Part shown: positions 52,799-64,000 of the stretch, one piece after another
Numbering within the stretch: position 1 is the stretch's first letter
How the letters are laid out: every line of letters begins with the position of its first letter
Position numbers and translations under genes: made by a program
Assembly: GCA_951406725.2 (NCBI GenBank)
Contig: OX597824.1
Coordinates: forward strand, 99,448,001-99,512,000
From: Octopus vulgaris
Lineage: Eukaryota
DNA: 64,000 nt
Reading direction: 5' to 3'
The notes under the pieces: model-generated
The model's database searches: none
What the model was told of the DNA's origin: nothing
Seen by the model: only the letters and a program-made list of their open reading frames with translations

Positions 52799-53639
52799 TG
52801 TCTGTCCATCTATTTGTCTATCTGTCTGTCTATGTCTGCCTGTCAGTCAGTCTGTCTGTCTATCTTCCTGTCTGTCTTTCTATTTATCTACCTGCTTGTC
52901 TGTCTGTCTATCTGTATGTATGTATGTCTGTCATCATCATCATCACCACCACTATTGCTGCCACCACCTCCACTATTGTTATTGTCCTCCTCCTCCTCCT
53001 CCTCCTCCCCTCCTCTTCTTCCTCCTCCTCCTGTCCACAATGTCATAAAGACGCTAACACACACTGATTTAGTGTTATATTCATATTAAGAAATATATTC
53101 ACATTTATTGAAGTTTTCACCATTTACAGAGAGGCATCAGAAAAGGAAAAAGATAAAGAAATCGGGGAATTCTTCATCAACTTTAAAATACAGAAACCTC
53201 TTTGTTTTAATTTTTATTCATTATTTTTTTTTTTGTTGTATTATTAGTTCTATAATATTTTTATTGAAGATCTGTGCTCTGGATAACAATATATTTCTGT
53301 TGGAAATTCATTAAAATTCAAATAAAAATAAAAATATGAAAACAAAATGTTTTAGTCTTTCTAAATATGGTTGAAAAATTGGGGAGAAAAAGACTTTGGT
53401 GAAAAAGGGGTTGATTAAGAATGGACATTTACAATGGAGATTGATAAATATAGAAAAAATAGTTAATGGAAGGGAAAATATTTGGTAATTATTACATCAG
53501 CTCACAGCTAAAAGGTTGGGTAGAGTACAAGGGTGGGGTGTTATGAGATCAATCAATGGAAAAAAATCAAATATATTTAGTATCGAATACTTCCTCTCCT
53601 TCTCCCCCCCCCTCTCTCTCTCCAAACACTTAACACACT

Positions 53640-56145
<2,506 letters not shown>

Positions 56146-57591
56146 CTTTACATAGTCTAAGTGAAGAGAAGCCACTATTTTTCATGAGATCCTAAAAGTG
56201 TTCAAACAATCCAGTATTTGTGAATTAATTCAGTTTGTTTCATATTTCATACTTTTCTTCCTTTTTAACATTTTTTAAGGTCAAAGGGAAATTAAACAGG
56301 ATTCATTAGAGATTTGACAACAATTAAAAATAAGATCTTTAATGCCTGAAATAAATATTCCGGTTCTATATAGCCTCTTGAGAAATATGTTTGAGCACTT
56401 TTCTTATTCTACTGTAAATGAGCCAAGCAACTGGCTGAAACATGCTAAATATTTGTTTGGGATGAAGATATTGGATATTTTCAGTAAATCTCACTTCATC
56501 CAGCCTTTCAAACAAATTAATGTATTTATGTTTGAACAAACTTGTAGGAAATATGGATACTTAATACACTTTGTGCATGTGTGCACACACACACTCAATT
56601 CATCACTATGTTAATTGCCAAATACTCGGATATCCAAATCACAGTCATCAGTCAAGGGTTAACTCTTTACTTGGTGATTTACTTTGGCCACAAAAAGAAA
56701 AAAAACCCTTAAATCCTTAAAAATGTTTTAGCCCGAAGGCTGCGGCCATGCTGGGGCACCACCCTTATTTATTTATTTATTACAACTGTTAAGTATTTCT
56801 GTGGTGCAGAGAGGTTCTGAGCAACCCTTTGGAATTTGTTTTCAAATCTAAGTTTACTGCACCTAGTTATATTATATTAATTTACCATTTTTTCATTTGT
56901 GGGGATAAGCAAGTGTTAGGGGTTACATGTCAGTTCATCTTTGAATACACTAGCTTCAAGAGCATCACCTCATCATAAAAGCTTGCCTCCATCTCCAATG
57001 TTTCTTTAGTTAAAAACTGATCTATTATTCTTATTATTAATTTCACTTTCAAAAGTCGTATAAACCTGCGTTTATGGAATTGAAGTTTTACATTTGACTT
57101 TTTAAAAACTTTCAAGGAACCAGTTTTGAAATCTTGAGTGACAGGAAATTAACTGTGAATAAATTCATCATTATAGGAATTAGAAGACTGATAGAGCAGA
57201 ATGTTTGGATAATGTCCTCCTATGAGAGGGTTAGTATGTGACCCTTTGTGTTTTTAGAGATGGCTAAGCCCCCATATTTGTACAAACCAAAGTTTATAGA
57301 GGTGAACTTTTTCTTTTTAAGGGATCAATGATACAAAATCCTATAAGATCATGTCTATCAGTTATATTGATTGATCCCATACATCAACAGAACAACCTGA
57401 GTCAGATCTCTTAATATAAATAGAGGCCTTGCCAAAAAACAACAAAAAACAAAGTCTTTCTAGCATAGAAATACAGGTGCCTCATTATCAGCCATTTAGA
57501 GTGATACATTTGGGTGAATTCTATTGCTTTATGCAAAAATACTTTAGAGATAAAATCCTACAGTGTCAAAGTGGTCTTTATTTACTAATTT

Positions 57592-57622
<31 letters not shown>

Positions 57623-58057
57623 TTATGCATTCCCCTCTCACACATATGCATACTATTCAAATAGAGGATTGGTATGTATTGAGATACAGAAATAAGGGAA
57701 TTTTATAGATGACGAGGGGAGAAGGGACGAGGGGAGAAGGTTTAAAAATCTGCTCTCTGTCCTGACAACATCAACAGACCATTTATAAATTAACAAAGAT
57801 GTAGTCAACAACATGATAAAGTTCATGATATAGCAAGGAATATTAGATAAAAATGAACTTTTCACAAATATTTGATATAAATATCAAAGATAAAGAAATA
57901 TTTGCTAAATTTAAAAAATAAATTTTTAAATGAATTTTCAATTATTTAAAAATGTTTCTTATTTATAGCCAACAAATTTCTCTGTTTTCTTGTGTTGAGG
58001 ATTTTATGATGATGATGACTATGTGCATATGTGTGTATATATCTATATATATGTGTG

Positions 58058-58113
<56 letters not shown>

Positions 58114-58130
58114 TGTGTGTGTGTATGTGT

Positions 58131-58203
58131 GTCTCCATGATGTAGTGGTTTTCACATCTGCTTTACATACAGGAGGTCATGAGTTCGATTCTCAATGGAA
58201 CCT
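58131..58203 (+). pseudogene. tRNA-Val(TAC) pseudogene
   Basis: GTCTCCATGATGTAGTGGTTTTCACATCTGCTTTACATACAGGAGGTCATGAGTTCGATTCTCAATGGAACCT resembles metazoan tRNA-Val-TAC. Mismatches in the acceptor (2), anticodon (1) and T (1) stems; T-run at 58208-58213. Confidence 0.8.
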
Positions 58204-58231
58204 TCTGTTTTTTAAAGACTCATTAACATAG

Positions 58232-58277
<46 letters not shown>

Positions 58278-58572
58278 TTATTTATAGTGTATGTGTGTGT
58301 GTCTGTCTCTCTCTATCTCTATATATATATGTATATAAACCAGGGTGCATTCCGTTAATTGATAAGTAAAAATAAAGTATAGTAAATGAAAACACATGAA
58401 ATGAATGTACTCTGTCTGTCTTTTATTGTATGTTTTTTTCATTTGTGCATTTACTATACATTTTTTTTACTTATTATATCACTGACAGATTGATTCAGGA
58501 AATGACAACAGGAAGATGTAATTATATATATATATATATTATTTATTGAAAGGTCATAATACATGTATTAAA

Positions 58573-58625
58573 GTGCTACAAATAGTTTCATATGTTGAGA
58601 GAACTCAATCATATTCTTCAGGCAC
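58573..58625 (-). ncRNA. minimal type I hammerhead ribozyme motif
   Basis: GUGC-CUGAAGA-[AUAUG(A)UUGAG-UUCU-CUCAACAUAU]-GAAA-C-UAUUU-GUA|GCAC: full core, 4-bp stem I, 10-bp stem II, 2-bp stem III. Confidence 0.7.
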
Positions 58626-58695
58626 AAACCACAAATCATAACGAACAAAAGATTGAATAAATAGAAGAAATTTTGTAGTTTATGATATGTGGTTT

Positions 58696-58749
58696 GTGCC
58701 TGAAGAATATATTTCAGTGTTTCTCAACATATGAAACTATTTGTAGTGC
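58696..58749 (+). ncRNA. second hammerhead motif (opposite arm of the same palindrome)
   Basis: GUGC-CUGAAGA-AUAU...AUAU-GAAA-C-UAUUU-GUA|GUGC; stem I kept through two G-U wobbles, stem II shortened. Confidence 0.55.
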
Positions 58750-58858
58750 TTCAATATATGTATTGTGACCTTCAAATTAATAATATTTATCTCTCGCCAG
58801 GTGGAGTACTTTTTTGTTGAATTTTCTATCACAGATCAGTGCATTATATATATATATA

Positions 58859-59041
58859 AAAATAAGCAGCAAGGATATCCAGAGGTAATGCAGTACGATC
58901 GTTTCATGCAACTCCATTTGATTGAACAATGCAATCATTACATCAATTTTGAATTGATGTAATGATTGCATTGTTCAATTAAATGGAGTTGCATGAAACA
59001 ATCGTACTGCATTACCTCTGGATATCCTTGCTGCTTATTTT
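58859..59041. repeat. near-perfect palindrome, 90-bp arms, 3-nt loop
   Basis: Arms 58859-58948 and 58952-59041, two mismatches seen. Confidence 0.95.
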
Positions 59042-59126
59042 GATTTTAATCTCCTTATTTTGAAATTGTATGGATAATACCATACTAAATTCTGGTGCCT
59101 CAACACAAGTACCATATTCATCTGAA

Positions 59127-59181
<55 letters not shown>

Positions 59182-59227
59182 CGTTTGTAAAGAAACAAGT
59201 TTGTTTCTGAAGCATTGAAATGTATTG

Positions 59228-59275
59228 TAGAACAAGTAGAGAGATAAATTTTATTCAACGCTTTCATACAGAACA

Positions 59276-59309
<34 letters not shown>

Positions 59310-59375
59310 GATCAAATAACTTTTTTCTTTTTAAAAGCAGAAAAAGAATAAAGAAAGGAAAAAAGTTATTTGATC

Positions 59376-59413
<38 letters not shown>

Positions 59414-59459
59414 TGTTCAGTATCTATGCGTTGAATAAAATTTATCTTTCTACTTGGTC

Positions 59460-59461
<2 letters not shown>
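59228..59461. repeat. imperfect palindrome with symmetric internal (TA)n tracts
   Basis: CAAGTAGAGAGATAAATTTTATTCAACGC / GCGTTGAATAAAATTTATCTTTCTACTTG and AAGGATCAAATAACTTTTTT / AAAAAAGTTATTTGATCCTT. Confidence 0.9.
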
Positions 59462-59514
<53 letters not shown>

Positions 59515-60231
59515 CAGTGAGTGCATATACTGATACATACACACACATTTGTAGACATGCATATATAAACGTATAATGTACATATATGTACATATGTATG
59601 CATACATGTATCTATAAGTGTACAAATGTGTGTGTATATATATATATATACATGAACATCACACACACACACACACACACACATCGGTGGTAACTGTTGT
59701 TCATGTTTGAGAATTGAAGTTGATTCAGACTTGGTGTTTATAACTGAAAAGGGATCAATCTTCATAAAGATGGGAACAAACATCACCTTTCGGCCTATCG
59801 TTATATTTCATGAAAACACTCAACATTAACAACATTCTCCCGCAAACAGGTTAAAGGAACACAACTCTTATGCCCCTCATTTGCCCATCCACATTTCCCT
59901 CTTATTTTATTCTCGATTTCTCTCACAGAGTAGCCATGTTTTTTAGGGGCCTGAATGATTGCTGGATTATGCAGGGTACACTATACAAGCCCCCACCCCT
60001 GTACACTGAGCTATCTGAGCATGAAACTTAAAGTAGCTCACTGCTCGATTGAGCATGTTTTTTTCCATTATACTTTCAAATGAACAGTGCACTATACATA
60101 CATACATATATACATACATATAAACATACATACATATGTATATACACACACACATAATATATACATACACACATACATACATATATGCATACATACATAT
60201 GTATATACACACACACACATAATACATACAT

Positions 60232-60835
60232 TATGGTTGCCCCCTCATTATCGAGTATGGCCATTGCATGAAGCTTAACTGTTACTGGTGCTGTGATCGA
60301 ATGTGACTTTTTAGCCCAGCTAAAGATCAACAATGTCTTGTACAAAATTGGCAACTAAAACCTTTACCGGTAATATCCGGCTGTAGTTGTAACTGGGCTT
60401 CATGTACCTTTGCATGTCGTTTAAGTCCTTCTGCCGAATTACACTTTCTTCCACATGCCCGACAGATATGATTAGTATGGTGTGTTACACGACCACCAGT
60501 GGCCAGGTTGTCACTCATCTATCTCTTTTTATGACTACGAAGATGACTCATGGGTCCAGCTTTACTAAGGCAGGGTCTTGCACAGACATTGCATGCCAGA
60601 GTCAAAGGAAGACCCTTCACTTCTGGAAGTGTAACAGCGATGCCCTTCCTGACATCCCTCCTTACTTTCTCATGTGCAACTCGAATTTTCTCAAACGTGG
60701 CTGTCCCCTCATGCACAATCCTTCTCCACCTGCTACGATCAATAGCTATGCCTTCCCATGTGTCAGGAGAGATGCAAGCATCTCTTAAGGAAACCTTCAG
60801 CAAGTCCTTATACCTCTTTTTTGGTTTGTGGAGGT
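60232..60835 (-). mobile_element. RTE/BovB-like LINE 3' fragment ending in three C2H2 zinc fingers
   Basis: PKKRYKDLLK..WEGIAIDRSRWR, then CNVC..H..H, CRAC..H..H, CQFC..H..H in one frame with two stops. Confidence 0.8.
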
Positions 60836-61647
60836 TGTTCATACATACATACATACACTTCTTAACCGCACATCCACGTCTGTGTAGCAATATGGTTGCT
60901 TCTGAACCACATGGCCACAAGTTCAGTCCCACTGTGTGATACTATCGGCAAATGTCTTCTCCTATAGCTAGGCCAATCAAATTCACCTGGACTGGTCGTC
61001 AAAAACTGAAAGAAACCAGTCATATATATTTGTGTGTGTGTGGTTTTGTGTATATTCTAGTTAAGATATCATGTAATCATTCGAAGTGAGCATTATCTTC
61101 ATACAGGTAAGGTTGTTCATTTGCAGTGTTCTGTGCAAAACAAGTCTGGATTTGGGAACAATTATAGCTTGTTTGGAAAGAGATGAAGTTTGGCATCAGC
61201 CTCAACAAATTCCATCCAACCCATGAAAGTGTAGAGAAGTGGAGGTTAAAATGATGACGATGATGAGGATGTGTATAATATAGAAAGTTGTCATCATCAT
61301 CATCATCATCGTTGTTGTTTTAACATTCACCATTTCATGCTTGCATGGGTTAGACAAGGGTTTGTTGATGACCACATACTCTTCGTCAGCAACACTCACC
61401 TGTTCCCAAGCAAGGTAATAATCTCCCAGTCAAACAACAAAACAGCTGAGACATAATTATGAACCTCTTTTGTTTGCAAAAATCAGGCAAAATGTCAAAG
61501 GTCAAGAAGCTCAAGTGTCCTATTGTGGTTGACTGGAAGCTATAGCAAGGGGGTTGGTTTGTTTACATCCAACAAGTTAAAGTGAAATATATGCACACAC
61601 AAAAAATACATATATACACATGCATACATACACATTACACACACAGA

Positions 61648-61697
<50 letters not shown>

Positions 61698-62926
61698 AAG
61701 CCTCTTCAGGTCCTGTCTCCTAGTTTCACTCAGAAGACAGTGGTCAACCCATGGCTATAGAACGTTAGCGAACAATGTCCACATATTGCGGCTGAACCAC
61801 TCACCAAGTACTTCCAAAATAAACACCTGGACTGAGGCAATAATTCACAAAATATTTGTTTTAAATAACCAACAAAGAAATAAATCATATTTCCTGCTGG
61901 AAACAATAGTTGAATCACATCTTAAAAAGGAAGGACACATTGGAGAATGAATTCCTTGATACGCTATGCTTAAAAATGGAATGGTTACACTTTTGGTCAC
62001 CAGGATTGATTTAGGTTTAACAACAACAACAAAAAATGCATTGCATAATGTAGTCCACAAACAAGATGGTCACAGCTGGAATGTCTTTGATCATAGGTTT
62101 GCTGGATTTGGGCTGACCTGGGGTTAAACAACAACAATATATTTTTGAAATTAAAACTGATTTTGTGGGGAGATTTTATGATGATATTTCGATGACAAAT
62201 ATTTTTATGAAGAATATTCCAGAGTTGATGGAATGATTTCTTACATTGTAGGTTGGCATGAAAATTAAAGATGGGTTTGATGGGTTTAAAATCCTACATA
62301 TTCACGTACTTAACATCTTTTCTGATGTTTCTTTGAAACTTTCTTAGTTTCCAGTGTTGCAGCCTCATTCACATTTAGGCGTTTTCTTTTCATTCTTCAA
62401 CTTTCCATATATATTGGCCATTCTTTCTGCCCGACATTGTCAGATGTCAAATTCTGGCAAACCAACAGATGATAAACATTACATGTCTCCACAATTCCTG
62501 TTTTTGGAACAATTAAGTCAAAACAGATTCCCTAAAATAAAAAAAAAGAACTTAATGGAAAATTATTCAGAATTAATGCTTGAAATTAGTTTCATATATT
62601 ATTGAAAGAAGAGGTTTGTCACTTGATAGACACAGGTACCATGTTCAGGGCAAGAATCCACACACACACATGCACGCATGCATGCATGCATGTATGCACA
62701 CACACATGCACAAACACACACATGCATACACACACACACACAAACAATGTTGGGGGAAGAATGTACAGATGAACGCTTGAAGACAAAAGGAGAAAGACAA
62801 ACTCTGAAATAAGCCAAAATGTAATGAGGTAGCAAGATGCAGGTCTAAAATGTCAAAATAAAGGTGAAAACATGGAAAAAGATGTGACATGTATAGATAC
62901 ATACAAACATATAAATACATACATAC

Positions 62927-62963
<37 letters not shown>

Positions 62964-63699
62964 TTTTAGCCTGCTGAGCCAGTTCAACAAAGTTGGCTGA
63001 AACTTTGAAGTCACTGTCAACAACATTCTTGCATAATAAAAATAATGAATTTTCTCTCTACAAAAGTATAGAGCAACCCATCAGATTAATGTCAAATTGC
63101 TTTTAATTTAACTGAGCATAAAAAGTAAACAACAGTATATATATATACACTCACACACATATATATATATATATATATATACATATACACACACATAAAT
63201 ATACATATATATATATACACACACACATACATACATATACGCATGTATGCGTGTGTGTATGTGTGTGTGTGTGCATGTGTGTGTATGTGTGCGTGTGTGT
63301 GTGTGTGCATGTGTGTGTATGTGCGTGTGTGTGTGTTTGCTGGTTTGTAAGCAATGGTTACCTGTCGGTGTTTTTGTTTGCCTTTCCCTGTGTAAAAACA
63401 TGTCCACAATGGTTCACAGAAACGAGCAAGTGTTGGTGACAGGAAGGGCTGCTAGTCACAGTGAAACTTTGCCTCTAAAACAGTCCCTCAATGTATTCTT
63501 GTCTCACCAATACAAACATAGAAAAGTAGACATTTAAAGCTATGATAATGATGATGATAGTGACGATGACAATGATATATATATTCTAGGGAGTTCCCAA
63601 GAAATTCTGTGTGAAAAGCTATAAACAATACAAAATATATCTTGTTGGACTGTATCTCTCTTCTAATGCAAGGCACCCTTTTCTCTCTCCTACCAGTTG

Positions 63700-63930
63700 A
63701 GGGGTCTTGTCCTGCAAGTTACTTGGAGACCTCACTGCTGCTGGTGCCACATGAAAAGGGCACCCAGTACACTCTGTTAAGTGGTTGGCATTAGGAAGGG
63801 CATCTAGCCATAAAAACCATGCCAAAGTAGACAGCAGAGCTTGGTACCATTTTTGGATTTGTCAGTTCCTGTTAAACCAACCAATTCATGCTAGAATGTA
63901 AAATGGACATTAAATGATGATGATGATGAT
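63700..63930 (+). mobile_element. (GAT)n-tailed SINE
   Basis: Similarity to other copies in the window. Confidence 0.75.
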
Positions 63931-64000
63931 GTTATCCAACCATGATGATCATGGTCTACTTTGGGTTTCCTACTCGTTAGTTTTGCTAATTAAAGCTTTC

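Noticed and set aside
58361-59461. CRISPR-like or prokaryotic terminator interpretation of the repeats
   Set aside because: Eukaryotic intron-rich context, no constant direct repeat with unique spacers, and no cas genes.

Overview
AT-rich, repeat-dense animal genomic DNA. The SINE families and the microsatellite load suggest an octopus or other coleoid cephalopod, which is an inference. One host protein-coding gene can be fully reconstructed although the ORF track mostly misses it: V-type proton ATPase subunit C on the minus strand, with 12 coding exons (29213 to 6170, 385 aa, all GT-AG and phase-consistent). A probable non-coding first exon lies near 41182-41235, preceded by an M-box/CLEAR (MITF/TFEB) motif and an ETS motif. 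The rest is transposon debris: CR1, RTE, R4/Dong, CRE-like, Tx1-like and Penelope-like retroelements, an intron-containing Tc1, two mariner relics, a Helitron, MITEs, many SINEs and a tRNA-Val pseudogene. The most striking unexplained structure is a ~1.1 kb run of four adjacent palindromes (58361-59461) among (TA)n tracts. One palindrome carries a complete minimal type I hammerhead ribozyme fold in each arm, in opposite orientations, and two others carry hammerhead remnants. All calls come from manual reading; no database search was run.
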